The notes beneath the pieces are model-generated. The model searched no databases, had not been told where the DNA came from, and saw only the letters and a program-made list of their open reading frames with translations. This document shows, one piece after another, positions 45,217 to 54,938 of a stretch of 64,000 nt of DNA. Made by a program: the position numbers and the translations under genes. The stretch is from Pseudomonadota bacterium. Lineage in GTDB: Bacteria; Vulcanimicrobiota; Vulcanimicrobiia; Eremiobacterales; Eremiobacteraceae. Where the stretch lies: contig JAJPHJ010000053.1 in the NCBI GenBank assembly GCA_021325335.1, positions 2,541 through 66,540 of the forward strand, given 5' to 3'. Positions within the stretch are counted from its first letter, which is position 1. Each line of letters opens with the position of its first letter.

Positions 45217-46620
45217 TTAGGGCGTGACGACGGCATGATGCTGATGTTCGATCCGCTCGCAGAGCTCTTCAGCGGGATAGGTGATGATCTCGGCCAGGGT
45301 TGGGTGCAAGTGCGGCATCTCCATCACATCGTGGCACTTGGCCTTGAAGTAGATGAGCGCAATGGCTTCGTGGATGAGGTCCGCCGCTTCCGCGCCTACG
45401 ATCGTCACACCCAAGATCCGGCCGTCAAGCGCGACCACCATCTTGATGAAGCCTGCGGTGAGGTTTGCCGTGATAGCCTTGCCGAGGTCGTCGAATGGAA
45501 AGCTCGCCTTGGCATATGGGATGTCGCGCTCGACACACTGGCGCTCGGTGAGCCCAGCCACCGCGACTTGCGGGTCCGTGAAGACGGCACGCGAGGCGAC
45601 GAGGTCGTAATCGATCGGCCGTTGCGTCTGTGAAAACGCATTGCGCGCCGCCAGCTGTCCGGCGTAGACCGCAACGTGCACGAGCTCGTAGGGTCCCGTG
45701 ACGTCACCTGCTGCGAAGACCCGCGGATTGGTCGTGCGCAAGAAGCGGTCGACCTTCACCCCTTGGCGATCGTATTCGATCCGCGCCGCATCGAAACCAA
45801 AACCCTCGACGTTCGGCCTGCGACCCAAAGCGACGAAGATCTCCTTCGCCTCGATCGACTCCTCCACGCCGTCGGCGTCGAACACGACGCGCTTGAGCCC
45901 AGCGGAACGCTCCAGCCGGACGATCTTCGTGCCGGTCCGGACGAGGATTCCTTCACGCTCGAAAGACTCGCGCAGACAAATCCCGACGTCGTGATCCTCG
46001 CCCGACAGCAACGTAGCGCTGCGTTGCACGATCGTGACGTGAACGCCGACCCGCGAAAGGTATTGCACGAGCTCGACGCCGACCGCACCAGCGCCCAGCA
46101 CGATGACGCTTTCCGGCAGTGCCTCCAGATCGAGCACTTCGTCGCTCGTCAGATACCCCGTTTCGCGCAGACCCGGCAATGGCGGCACCTCAATGACGGA
46201 GCCGGTCGAAACGACGAAACGCCCGGCGCGGATCGTCTGCCCGCCGGCAACGATCGTATCCTCGCTTGTGAATCTCGGCTCTCCCGCAAAGAGCGGGAAC
46301 TGGTTGATGCCGAGGATCCGTTCGTCGGCGAAACCACGGATGATCCGGTTTTTTCGCGAGACGATCTCGCGCACGTCTGCCTGGACGTTGCCCGTATGGA
46401 CGCCGAGCGACGGCGCTGTGCGCGCCAGGTGGGCTATCTCCGCCGAGCGCAGCAGCGTCTTACTGGGCATGCAGCCGCGGAGGATGCACAAGCCCGCAAG
46501 CGGGCCGGTACCATCCGCGAACGCGACGGACTTCCCCATACTGCGCGCCGTGTTCGCAGCCGCGAAGCCCGCGCTGCCGGCACCTAACACGCATAGATCG
46601 AACTCGTGCGAGCTGTCCAT
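45217..46620 (-). CDS. FAD-dependent pyridine nucleotide-disulfide oxidoreductase (class I; lipoamide dehydrogenase / mercuric reductase-like)
   Basis: Track ORF trimmed to ATG 46620 ([22 protein letters not shown]). Redox-active [10 protein letters not shown], a second Rossmann [10 protein letters not shown], and the C-terminal dimerisation motif HPTLAE. Confidence 0.85.
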   Translation of the reverse strand: MDSSHEFDLCVLGAGSAGFAAANTARSMGKSVAFADGTGPLAGLCILRGCMPSKTLLRSAEIAHLARTAPSLGVHTGNVQADVREIVSRKNRIIRGFADERILGINQFPLFAGEPRFTSEDTIVAGGQTIRAGRFVVSTGSVIEVPPLPGLRETGYLTSDEVLDLEALPESVIVLGAGAVGVELVQYLSRVGVHVTIVQRSATLLSGEDHDVGICLRESFEREGILVRTGTKIVRLERSAGLKRVVFDADGVEESIEAKEIFVALGRRPNVEGFGFDAARIEYDRQGVKVDRFLRTTNPRVFAAGDVTGPYELVHVAVYAGQLAARNAFSQTQRPIDYDLVASRAVFTDPQVAVAGLTERQCVERDIPYAKASFPFDDLGKAITANLTAGFIKMVVALDGRILGVTIVGAEAADLIHEAIALIYFKAKCHDVMEMPHLHPTLAEIITYPAEELCERIEHQHHAVVTP

Positions 46621-46710
46621 GGACGCGAGTATTGCCCGTCGCGCGCAGTGGCGCCTTGCTCTCGCGCGGAAGCAGGCAGCGCGTCTGCAGACGCGGTAAG
46701 GGCGAGCGAT

Positions 46711-47472
46711 ATGACCGCAGCTGTGCTGCTCGCGCGGGCGCAGATCGACGGAGCTGTCCACGAAGGAGTCATCGAAGGCGACGTCTTTGCGAGCGATGCC
46801 ATCCGCGTGCCGCTGCGCTCGGTGCGCCTGCTCGCACCGTGCTCTCCCTCGAAGATCGTCGGCGTCGGGCGCAACTACGCGGAACACGCCGCCGAGCTCG
46901 GCAACGCGGTGCCGAAAGAACCGCTCTTGTTCTTCAAGCCGCCCTCCGCCCTAAACCATCCTGATGGCGACATCGTCTATCCGCGCCAGAGCTCGCGCGT
47001 CGACTTCGAGGGCGAGCTGGCATGCGTGATCGGCAGGCGATGTCGAAACGTCTCCGCCTCGCAGGCGCGCGAAGTGATTTTAGGCTACACGATCTGCAAT
47101 GACGTGACCGCGCGCGACCTGCAGGAGACCGACGGGCAGTGGGCGCGGGCCAAAGGCTTCGACACCTTTGCCCCCTTGGGGCCGTGCATCGCAACCGGCA
47201 TCGATCCCGCATCGCTTCGGCTTCGCACCTACTTGAACGGCGAGCTCAAGCAGGACGCGACGACCTCATGGCTTATCTTCAGCGTCGAGCGCCTCATCGA
47301 ATACATCTCCGCTGCTTTCACGCTCGAGGCGGGAGACGTCATCTTCACCGGCACGCCCGCCGGCATCGGTCCCATGCGGCCGGGAGACGTGGTGAGCGTC
47401 GAGATCGAAGGAATCGGCGTGTTGCGGAACCGGGTCGTGAGCGCTACTGGGAAAGAAACGCGTCCTCAGTAA
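46711..47472 (+). CDS. fumarylacetoacetate hydrolase (FAH) family protein
   Basis: Track ORF trimmed to ATG 46711 ([14 protein letters not shown]...), behind AAGGGCGAG. Contains [19 protein letters not shown] and [10 protein letters not shown] motifs. Confidence 0.85.
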   Translation: MTAAVLLARAQIDGAVHEGVIEGDVFASDAIRVPLRSVRLLAPCSPSKIVGVGRNYAEHAAELGNAVPKEPLLFFKPPSALNHPDGDIVYPRQSSRVDFEGELACVIGRRCRNVSASQAREVILGYTICNDVTARDLQETDGQWARAKGFDTFAPLGPCIATGIDPASLRLRTYLNGELKQDATTSWLIFSVERLIEYISAAFTLEAGDVIFTGTPAGIGPMRPGDVVSVEIEGIGVLRNRVVSATGKETRPQ

Positions 47473-48019
47473 CGGCGATGTGGAATGGCGCGCCCGCCGC
47501 GAGCGTCACGTCGTCGCCCTTGCGCAGAAAATCCAGGATGAAGAACCCAGGAACCATCATGTTGGCGATGTCTTCGAGCGCCGGACCCGTGCCGTTTTTC
47601 GCATTGGCATCCGCGACGAGACTGTCGTGCGTGATGCCCACCGCCACCTGCGTCGTATCGGAGAGGTTGATGGGATCGAACTCGATGTGCAGCAAGCCGT
47701 CCTGACGTCCGCCGTGCGCGGGTCTGCATTCGGTGACTTTGCCGGTGCCGACGGTGCCGGCCGGGATGGCGAGCCGAGAACCGGCTTTGACGTCGTCGAG
47801 AACTTTGAAGTTGAAGGTTTCGCCCTTGTGGCAATGCGCCGATGAGACGGTCTGAAGCATGGCCACGTGGACAAGCGTTCCCGCGGCGACGAGTGAGTCG
47901 CGCGTCTCGTCATCGATCGGTGTGGTCGCGTGCTCTATGGCCCCGGCGCGGCCAGCCAAGCAGAGTGCGCACGCGAGCGTGAAAGCGAGGAGGGTGGGAA
48001 GCCGGCGCAGTGTCTGCAT
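47444..48019 (-). CDS. secreted hypothetical protein
   Basis: 191-aa ORF with a signal peptide ([27 protein letters not shown]). ACGGAG SD sits upstream. No family recognised. The 3' end overlaps the FAH gene by 29 nt. Confidence 0.5.
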   Translation of the reverse strand: MQTLRRLPTLLAFTLACALCLAGRAGAIEHATTPIDDETRDSLVAAGTLVHVAMLQTVSSAHCHKGETFNFKVLDDVKAGSRLAIPAGTVGTGKVTECRPAHGGRQDGLLHIEFDPINLSDTTQVAVGITHDSLVADANAKNGTGPALEDIANMMVPGFFILDFLRKGDDVTLAAGAPFHIAVTEDAFLSQ

Positions 48020-48055
48020 ACAAACTCCGTTTTGAATCAGCGCCCGGATTTATTT

Positions 48056-49864
48056 TTAGCGGTCTTCCGGGGCCGGACCTGCGCCCTGTGCCTGGGGCTC
48101 GGCGGGACCGCCGTCCAGAATCGCCTCAGCCCAGCTCCTCGCTTCGGCTGCAGTCGGTTGGCGGTCGGGCAGCGCAGCGTAGAAAAGTCCCTCTTTGCGG
48201 CCCTGATACCAGCCGGCGAATATCGAGAGCTGGTCGATCTCATGTTGTTTTAAGAAACAGCGAGACGCGAGTTGCGGTGCATGGTGTTCGGCGAGGATCC
48301 TCGCGAGCTCGCCGGCCGCGCGCGGCCGATCCGGCAGCCTTCTGGGCAAGCTGGTCCTCGCGGTCAGCCGGCCGCGACAGAACAAGAAGCACGCCTCCTC
48401 GGAGGGCTCGGCCGATGGCGCCAGCACCACGGCGTTGAGCTGCGCCGCCTCCTCGAGCGCCGAGTGGTGCTCGCGCAAACGCCGCAGCCGGTCGAGCCGG
48501 CGTTCCTCGCGATCCACGAGTTCGCTGCGCCCGCGCGCCGCTGCCTCATCGCGGCGCCGCGCGACCGACAGGAGCACTTCGTCTGCGTGATCTTCGATGA
48601 AGGCGATCGCCTCGGCGATGAGCGCCTCTCGTGCCGCCGGCGGCACGCTTGCCGTCGCATTGCCGTCGCCGGCATCAAGTCCAAGGGCATCCTGCAGCGC
48701 GGCCACTGCCGCACGCGCGCACGCCATGCTCCGATACGGCCCGTAATAGCGCGCGCCGTCGGCGATCAGACGCGTCGTCGTCAGCAGGCGGCCGCGCGGG
48801 CCAGGCTCGACCTTGATGAAACCAAAACGCCGGAAGTGGCGCAGCCTCTCGTTGAAAGCCGGATCGTGGGTGCGCACGAGATCGGCCTCCATGAGCAGTG
48901 CCTCGAGCTCCGAGCCGGTGACCGTATAACCAAAACTCGCGACGACGCCGCGCAGCGCGCGCACCTTCGGTCCCGCCGGTCGCGCGGCGGTCGCATACGT
49001 GCGCAGCCGCTGGCGCAGATTCCGCGACTTGCCGACATAGACGATCCGATCGGCGGCGTCGCGCAGGGTGTACACGCCAGGCTTGGTTGGAACCGCGTCG
49101 AGCTCGCTGCGCAAGATCGATGTCCAGACGGGCAGCTGCGACGCATCCGGCGCCCGCACCGGCACGCGTCGCTTCGGAAGCGAGCGGACACGCAGATGGT
49201 CGAGCAGCATGCCGAGCGTGAACACCGCGCAGTCCTCGAACCGTTTGATGCAATGGATGAGCAGCTCTGCAGTCGCGAGCGCATCGCACAGCGCCCGGTG
49301 ATGGCGTTCCACGTCGATGCCGAGCTCACGCGTGAGGGTGCCGAGCTTGTAGTTGGGCACTTCGGCAATGGTGCGCCGAGCGAGCGCGAGCGTGTCGAGC
49401 TTCACGTTCGCGAGAGGCGCGTGCCCGTAGCGCACCAGCTCCGTTTCGATGAAGTGCGCGTCGAAGCGCACGTTATGACCCACGAGCACGCGGTCGCCGA
49501 CCATTGCCACGATCGCGGGCAGCACCTCGCCGATTGGAGGCGCGCAAGCAACCATCTCGTCCGTGATGCCGGTGAGGCTTGTGATGAAGGGCGGGATGGG
49601 CTGCGATGGGTTGACGAGGCTCTGCCATTGACCCACGATGCGGCCGCGCTCGACGTTGACGACGGCGATCTCGGTGATCCCGTCGCGCTGGCACACCGCG
49701 CCGGTGGTTTCGATGTCCACGACGCTGAATGGAACATCCCAGAGGTCCATGCTCGCGAGCGCAGACGCCCGCGCGCAGCGCGCCTCGAAGGCAATGTCCG
49801 CATCCAGATCGCGAACGCAAAAGCCAAGCGCTCCCGACGGAAGTGCCAACGCCATATCGAACAC
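48056..49864 (-). CDS. DEDDh 3'-5' exonuclease (DnaQ/epsilon-like) fused to a GIY-YIG (UvrC/Cho-like) nuclease domain
   Basis: 602-aa ORF. Exonuclease motifs are VVDIETTG, HNVRFDAHF and HRALCDALA. The GIY-YIG domain is GVYTLRDAADRIVYVGKSRNLRQRL...YRSM. About 250 aa follow without recognisable motifs. Confidence 0.8.
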   Translation of the reverse strand: MFDMALALPSGALGFCVRDLDADIAFEARCARASALASMDLWDVPFSVVDIETTGAVCQRDGITEIAVVNVERGRIVGQWQSLVNPSQPIPPFITSLTGITDEMVACAPPIGEVLPAIVAMVGDRVLVGHNVRFDAHFIETELVRYGHAPLANVKLDTLALARRTIAEVPNYKLGTLTRELGIDVERHHRALCDALATAELLIHCIKRFEDCAVFTLGMLLDHLRVRSLPKRRVPVRAPDASQLPVWTSILRSELDAVPTKPGVYTLRDAADRIVYVGKSRNLRQRLRTYATAARPAGPKVRALRGVVASFGYTVTGSELEALLMEADLVRTHDPAFNERLRHFRRFGFIKVEPGPRGRLLTTTRLIADGARYYGPYRSMACARAAVAALQDALGLDAGDGNATASVPPAAREALIAEAIAFIEDHADEVLLSVARRRDEAAARGRSELVDREERRLDRLRRLREHHSALEEAAQLNAVVLAPSAEPSEEACFLFCRGRLTARTSLPRRLPDRPRAAGELARILAEHHAPQLASRCFLKQHEIDQLSIFAGWYQGRKEGLFYAALPDRQPTAAEARSWAEAILDGGPAEPQAQGAGPAPEDR

Positions 49865-49916
49865 ATGTTTTACGAACGCATGTACGATATCCTACGCCAG
49901 GTCATCGGAGGCTGAA

Positions 49917-50615
49917 GTGCCCGAGCTTCTTTACATCCACGGCTCCGGCTACACGGAGGAGAGCTTCAAAGCCCAGACCGAGGCGTTCGCAGGGTCGGAC
50001 GCAGTGACGCTTCCAGGCCACCCCGGCGGCCAGGCCTTCGCAACGGTCGAGGAAGCGAGTGCGTGGTTTGCACGCTATGTCGAGTGGCGTCATGCCGGCC
50101 GCGCGGTAGCGGTCGGCAATTCATTGGGCGGGGCGATCGCGCTGCGATGGGCGCTTGACTTCCCGGACCAAGCTGCCGCCCTCGTTCTCGTCGGGACCGG
50201 AGCCCGGCTTCGGGTCGCACCCGATATCTTCGAGATGATCGAACGGCAGTGGCCGGACTGCATCGCAAAGCTCGTGGATCTTGCGCTCTCGCCCGATGCG
50301 CAGCCTGCCCTGCGCGAACGCATGCGCGCGTGGCACCTCAGCGTCGGTCAAGAGTCCACGCGCCGCGACTACGGCGCCTGCAATCGCTTCGACGTCATGG
50401 GCGAGCTACAAGGGCTCAAAGTGCCGACGCTCGTCATCGTCGGTTCGCTCGACCGTTTTACGCCCGTGAAGTACGCTCGCTATCTCCACGAGCATATCGC
50501 AGGCTCGCAATTGTCGGTCATCGAGGGTGCCGGTCATGTCGCCATGGCCGAGCGGCCGCGCGAGGTCAACGCCTCGATCGCATCTTTCCTTGAGACGGTC
50601 CATGGAGATCCTTGA
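49917..50615 (+). CDS. alpha/beta hydrolase fold protein
   Basis: This is the in-frame tail of track ORF 49638..50615. GTG 49917 lies 5 nt after GGAGG. It has LYIHGSG, the nucleophile elbow GNSLGG, and C-terminal GAGHVAM. Confidence 0.8.
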   Translation: MPELLYIHGSGYTEESFKAQTEAFAGSDAVTLPGHPGGQAFATVEEASAWFARYVEWRHAGRAVAVGNSLGGAIALRWALDFPDQAAALVLVGTGARLRVAPDIFEMIERQWPDCIAKLVDLALSPDAQPALRERMRAWHLSVGQESTRRDYGACNRFDVMGELQGLKVPTLVIVGSLDRFTPVKYARYLHEHIAGSQLSVIEGAGHVAMAERPREVNASIASFLETVHGDP

Positions 50616-51372
50616 CGATCCGCGCCGAAAGCGAGCGGGGCGAATGCACCGACGCGAAGGCACCCAACGCATTCAAAGTTCCGGGCACGCAGACCGTTTT
50701 GCCGGTCTTCATGGCGCGATAGGCGATCGCGGCTACGCGCGCCGCATCCATGACCATCGGGCTATGGAGCATTGGCGCACGTTCGTGGATGTGCGCGCGG
50801 GCTTGGAAGCCTGTCATCATCACCCCAGGGCAGACAACGGTTGCGGTGACGCCCGTGCCGGCCAATTCTACCGCGAGCGCCTCCGTGAACCACAACACGT
50901 ATGCTTTCGTAGCGTAGTAGACCGCCATGAGCGGACCCGGTAAGAAAGCAGCCGTCGATGCGACGTTGAGAATGCGTCCCCCGCGCCGCGCGATCATATC
51001 CGGCAAGAACGACCGAGAAAGCAACGTAAGGGCCGCGACGTTGGTCTGCACCATGCTCTCAAGCTCGTCTTGATCTTGCTCGCTGAAAGGGCCGCTGTAG
51101 GCGAAACCGGCATTGTTCACGAGTATATCGATGACCACGTTGCGCCGCTGCGTCTCGGCGAAAACTGCCGCCGCGGCACCCGGTTGGCCGAGATCTTGAG
51201 AGAAGACGTCCACGGTCACGCCGGTCGTGCGTAGCTCCGTCGCCGCGCGTTCTAGACGCTGCGGATCGCGCGCGACGAGCAAGAGGTTTTTTCGATCTTG
51301 CGCGCAGACGCGCGCAAGCTCGAAGCCGAGCCCCGATGATGCGCCCGTGATGAGGACTCGCGAGCCTTCCAC
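50566..51372 (-). CDS. short-chain dehydrogenase/reductase (SDR) family oxidoreductase
   Basis: 268-aa ORF with TGASSGLG, NNAG and YYATKAYV (YxxxK). Confidence 0.85.
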   Translation of the reverse strand: MEGSRVLITGASSGLGFELARVCAQDRKNLLLVARDPQRLERAATELRTTGVTVDVFSQDLGQPGAAAAVFAETQRRNVVIDILVNNAGFAYSGPFSEQDQDELESMVQTNVAALTLLSRSFLPDMIARRGGRILNVASTAAFLPGPLMAVYYATKAYVLWFTEALAVELAGTGVTATVVCPGVMMTGFQARAHIHERAPMLHSPMVMDAARVAAIAYRAMKTGKTVCVPGTLNALGAFASVHSPRSLSARIVKDLHGPSQGKMRSRR

Positions 51373-51377
51373 CTGGG

Positions 51378-51872
51378 TCAGAGCTCCTCGAAGCCTTCCG
51401 GCAATCGCATCGAGATGACACGGGCCTCAAGGTCGACCGCAAAGCCGTACGCCGAAAGCACGGGGATGAGTGCCTCGCGAGGAGCGAGGACGAGCATATC
51501 GCACGACGGATAGTGTCGCACGCCCGCTACGACGCCGAGCGCGCCCAAACGCTCGTCGCGCACCGCAAAGCCGAGGAGATCCGCGGCGCGAAACGCGCCC
51601 GGTGCCAGCGCGGCCAAAGCCTCACGCTCCACCAGAACGCGCGCGCCCCGCAGGCTCTTGGCGACTGCCTCGTCATTGATTCCAGCCAGCCGCACGAGCA
51701 GGAGCTTTTGGTGTGGGCGGACGGCCTCAATCCGCGCTCGCCGTAGCTCAGACGGACGCTCGGCCGATGCGATGTAGAGCTCGCGTCCAGCCTCAAACGC
51801 GCTTGCATCGAGGGGCGCCACTTTGAGTTCGCCGCGCACGCCGAAATGCCCGACGATGGTGCCGACCTGCAG
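51378..51872 (-). CDS. rimM: 16S rRNA processing protein RimM (start codon unresolved)
   Basis: The conserved N-terminus LQVGTIVGHFGVRGELKV lies just downstream of the KH-protein stop. No ATG, GTG or TTG lies between that stop and it, so I placed the start at CTG 51872. The PRC-barrel-like C-terminus is present. Confidence 0.7.
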   Translation of the reverse strand: MQVGTIVGHFGVRGELKVAPLDASAFEAGRELYIASAERPSELRRARIEAVRPHQKLLLVRLAGINDEAVAKSLRGARVLVEREALAALAPGAFRAADLLGFAVRDERLGALGVVAGVRHYPSCDMLVLAPREALIPVLSAYGFAVDLEARVISMRLPEGFEEL

Positions 51873-51894
51873 TCGCGCCGGCTCGCCCGCGCTC

Positions 51895-52269
51895 TCAGTC
51901 GACGATTTCGACGTTGACCCGCTCGCCTGTTCCGACGGTCGCAGCCTTGACGATCGTGCGAATCGCTTGGACGATGCGGCCTTGCCGTCCGATGACCTTG
52001 CCGCGATCGTCCTCGGCGACGCTGAGCAAGAGCACTGGCCCCCGGTCATCCGTCGTGGCCCCGATCGAAATTTGACTCGGGTCGTCCACTATCCGTTCGA
52101 CGATGTATTTGAGCACCGCAGCGGCCCGGCCGATGACGTCATCGCCATCATCCTCTTCCGGCTCCGCAGGCTCTTGGGGTGCCGTGGCGACGGCCGACAC
52201 CGGAGCCTCGCGCTCGGCGAAGTCCTCGTCCTCTTCGAGGTCGACGAAGTCAGGAGGACGCTCGCTCAT
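51895..52269 (-). CDS. KH-domain RNA-binding protein (YlqC/UPF0109-like) with acidic N-terminal extension
   Basis: 124-aa ORF with KH core DRGKVIGRQGRIVQAIRTIV. Conserved position between rpsP and rimM. Confidence 0.8.
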   Translation of the reverse strand: MSERPPDFVDLEEDEDFAEREAPVSAVATAPQEPAEPEEDDGDDVIGRAAAVLKYIVERIVDDPSQISIGATTDDRGPVLLLSVAEDDRGKVIGRQGRIVQAIRTIVKAATVGTGERVNVEIVD

Positions 52270-52566
52270 CTACTTCTTCTCCTTCCGAGGTGCGCGCGCT
52301 TTGCGCACGGGGATCTTCGACTTGTCATAGAGGCCGCGACCGGCCAGCAGCTTCGCCGCCGACGCGGTCGGTTGCGCGCCTCGTCCGAGCCAACTGCGAA
52401 CTCGATCTTCGTTGAGGACGAGATCCGCCGGCACGCGGCGCGGATTGTAATGGCCGACGATCTCGAGAAAACGGCCGTCGCGCGGCGAGCGGCTGTCGGC
52501 GACCACAAAGCGATAGGATGGTTGTTTCTTTGCGCCTGTCCGGCGCAATCTGATCTTGACGCTCAA
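52270..52566 (-). CDS. rpsP: 30S ribosomal protein S16
   Basis: This is the tail of track ORF 52270..53862. TTG 52566 (TTGA overlap with the ffh stop) gives (M)SVKIRLRRTGAKKQPSYRFVVADSRSPRDGRFLEIVGHYNP. AAAGGGA sits upstream. Confidence 0.9.
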   Translation of the reverse strand: MSVKIRLRRTGAKKQPSYRFVVADSRSPRDGRFLEIVGHYNPRRVPADLVLNEDRVRSWLGRGAQPTASAAKLLAGRGLYDKSKIPVRKARAPRKEKK

Positions 52567-53862
52567 GGAGTTCCCTTTCTCATGTGACCGAGCTGTTTCA
52601 TCATCTTTTGCGAGGCTTCGAACTGTTTGATCAGGCGGTTGACCTCTTGGACGCTCGTGCCGCTGCCGGCGGCGATCCGGCGACGGCGGCTCGCGTTGAG
52701 GACGTCCGGATCGTTGCGCTCGCGCGGCGTCATGGAGCAGATGATCGCCTCGATGCGAGACACCTCGCGCTCGTCGATATCCCCTGCCAACGGCAGCTTG
52801 TTCATGCCCGGAATCATCTTGACGATATCCGCGAGCGGGCCCATCTTGCGCATTTGCCGGAGCTGATCCAGGAAGTCCGCGAGCGTGAGCCGGGATGTGC
52901 GCAGCTTGCCGGCGAGCTCTTTCGCTTTGCCTTCGTCGAAGGCGCGCTGGCTCTTCTCGATGAGCGTGAGCACGTCGCCCATGCCGAGGATCCGCGATAC
53001 GAGCCGGTCGGGGTAGAAGGGCTCGATTGCGGTCACTTTCTCGCCCGTGCCGATGAACTTCACCGGCTTGTGCGTGACCGCCCGGATGGAGAGCGCCGCG
53101 CCGCCCCTGCTGTCGCCGTCGAGCTTCGTCAAGATCGTGCCCGTCAGATCGAGTCGCGCGTCGAACGCCTGCGCGACGTTGACCGCCTCTTGTCCGGTCA
53201 TCGCGTCGACGACGAGCAACGACTCGAGCGGCGCAACCGCCGCTTTGATCTGCGCGAGCTCCTCCATGAGCGGCTCGTCGATCTGCAAGCGTCCGGCGGT
53301 ATCCACGATCACGGCTCCGTTGCCCACTTGTTGCGCGTGCTGCAGCGCGCCGCGCGCGATCGCGACTGGCGAGCGCGCCCCTTCTTCGAAGACCGGCACG
53401 TCGATCTGCTCGCCGAGGGTCTTGAGCTGGTCGATGGCGGCCGGCCGGTAGACATCGCACGCCACGAGCAACGGCCGGCGCCCTTGTTCGCGCAGACGCA
53501 GCGCGAGTTTGGCGGCCTGCGTCGTCTTGCCGCTGCCCTGCAAACCGACCAGCATGATCGTCGTGGGACCGCTCGGTGAAAATCGCAGCGGTTCGACCGT
53601 AGAGCCCATGAGCTCGACGAGGCCGTCGTGCACGATCTTGACGACCGCTTGCGCCGGCGTGAGCGATTCGAGCACCTCGGCGCCGACGGCGCGCTCGCGG
53701 ATCGACGCGATGAAGTCCTTGACCACGCCCATTGACGTCGGCTTCGAGCAATGCGACCCGGACTTCGCGCAGAACTTCCGAGACGTCGGTCTCGGTCAGC
53801 TTCCCGCGAGAGCGCAGGCGTGAGAAGATCGCCCCCAGGCGATCGGACAGACTTGAGAACAT
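52563..53862 (-). CDS. ffh: signal recognition particle protein Ffh (SRP54), reading frame broken by a +1 shift near 53728..53733
   Basis: The N-terminal 44 aa (MFSSLSDRLGAIFSRLRSRGKLTETDVSEVLREVRVALLEADVN) start at ATG 53862 in one frame. The rest (..VVKDFIASIRERAVGAEV...GLQGSGKTT...DTAGR...M domain) is track ORF 52563..53732 in the +1 frame. Confidence 0.85.
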
Positions 53863-53917
53863 TCTCTACTCTAGCCGCAGGTGCGAGAACTGGCGGTGCC
53901 GCGGCGGCACGATCGGT

Positions 53918-54157
53918 TTAAGTCTTCTCGCCGACTTCCTCGATGTAGCGAACCGCATCCCCAACGGTCTTGATCTTCTCGGCGTCTTCGTCGGGGATAT
54001 CCAGATTGAACTCCGTCTCGAGCGCCATGACCAGTTCCACCTGGTCGAGGGAATCCGCGCCGAGATCATCCGTGATCGACGCTTCGGGCGTGACCTCGTC
54101 TTCATCCACGCCGAGCTGCTCGACGATGCATTTCTTCACTTTGTCGAACACTGACAT
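53918..54157 (-). CDS. acpP: acyl carrier protein
   Basis: Track ORF trimmed to ATG 54157 ([47 protein letters not shown]), with the DSL phosphopantetheine attachment site. Confidence 0.95.
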   Translation of the reverse strand: MSVFDKVKKCIVEQLGVDEDEVTPEASITDDLGADSLDQVELVMALETEFNLDIPDEDAEKIKTVGDAVRYIEEVGEKT

Positions 54158-54197
54158 CAGAGTGTCGCTACCTCCATTGGTCGTTACGTGAGCCGCA

Positions 54198-54938
54198 TCA
54201 GGTGGCCAGACCGCCATCGACGGCGACGACCTGCCCGGTGATGTACGAGGCCTCGTCGCTCGCTAAAAAGGCGACGACCTTTGCCACTTCCTCGGCGCTG
54301 CCGAAACGGCGGAGCCCGATACGCGCGAGGTACGATTCTTTCACGGCCGGCGGCAATGCCGCCGTCATGTCCGTCTGGATGAAACCCGGCGCGACCGCAT
54401 TCACTCGGATGTTGCGAGATCCCAGTTCCTGCGCGAGCGACTTCGTGAGCCCGATGACGCCGGCCTTCGCCGCCACGTATGCGCTCTGACCGGCGTTTCC
54501 GGTCAGCGCGACGACGGACGTGATGTTGACGATCGCGCCGCTCTTCTGCGAGAGCATCACCTTTCCCGCCGCAGCACTGAGATAAAACATGCTTTTGAGA
54601 TTGATGGCCAACGATTCTTCCAGCGCTTCCCACTTCAGGCGAAGGATGAGCGCATCGTACGTCTTCCCGGCGTTGTTCACCAGGATATCGACCCGGCCAA
54701 GCTGCGCCGTCGTCGCCGTGACGAGTTCTGCCGCAAGGACGGGGTCGGCCACATCGGCCGGATGCACGTGCGCGGTTCCGCCGAGCCCGGCGACCTCCTG
54801 CCGCACAGCTTCGAGCGGCGCGCGGCGCCGGCCGGAAAGCACGAGGGTCGCTCCCTGGCGCCCAAGCTCCAGGGCGATCGCGCGACCGATACCCGTGCCC
54901 GCGCCCGTGACGATCGCGGTCTTGCCCTGCACGCTCAT
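54198..54938 (-). CDS. fabG: 3-oxoacyl-ACP reductase
   Basis: 246-aa ORF with [14 protein letters not shown] and YVAAKAGV. Conserved fabD-fabG-acpP order. Confidence 0.9.
   Translation of the reverse strand: MSVQGKTAIVTGAGTGIGRAIALELGRQGATLVLSGRRRAPLEAVRQEVAGLGGTAHVHPADVADPVLAAELVTATTAQLGRVDILVNNAGKTYDALILRLKWEALEESLAINLKSMFYLSAAAGKVMLSQKSGAIVNITSVVALTGNAGQSAYVAAKAGVIGLTKSLAQELGSRNIRVNAVAPGFIQTDMTAALPPAVKESYLARIGLRRFGSAEEVAKVVAFLASDEASYITGQVVAVDGGLAT

Noticed and set aside
52270-53862. 530-aa - strand ORF spanning the ffh locus
   Set aside because: It is a chimera. Its first 44 codons are the true Ffh N-terminus and its last 98 are rpsP. The Arg-rich middle is the wrong frame of ffh. It has been resolved into ffh (frameshifted) plus rpsP.
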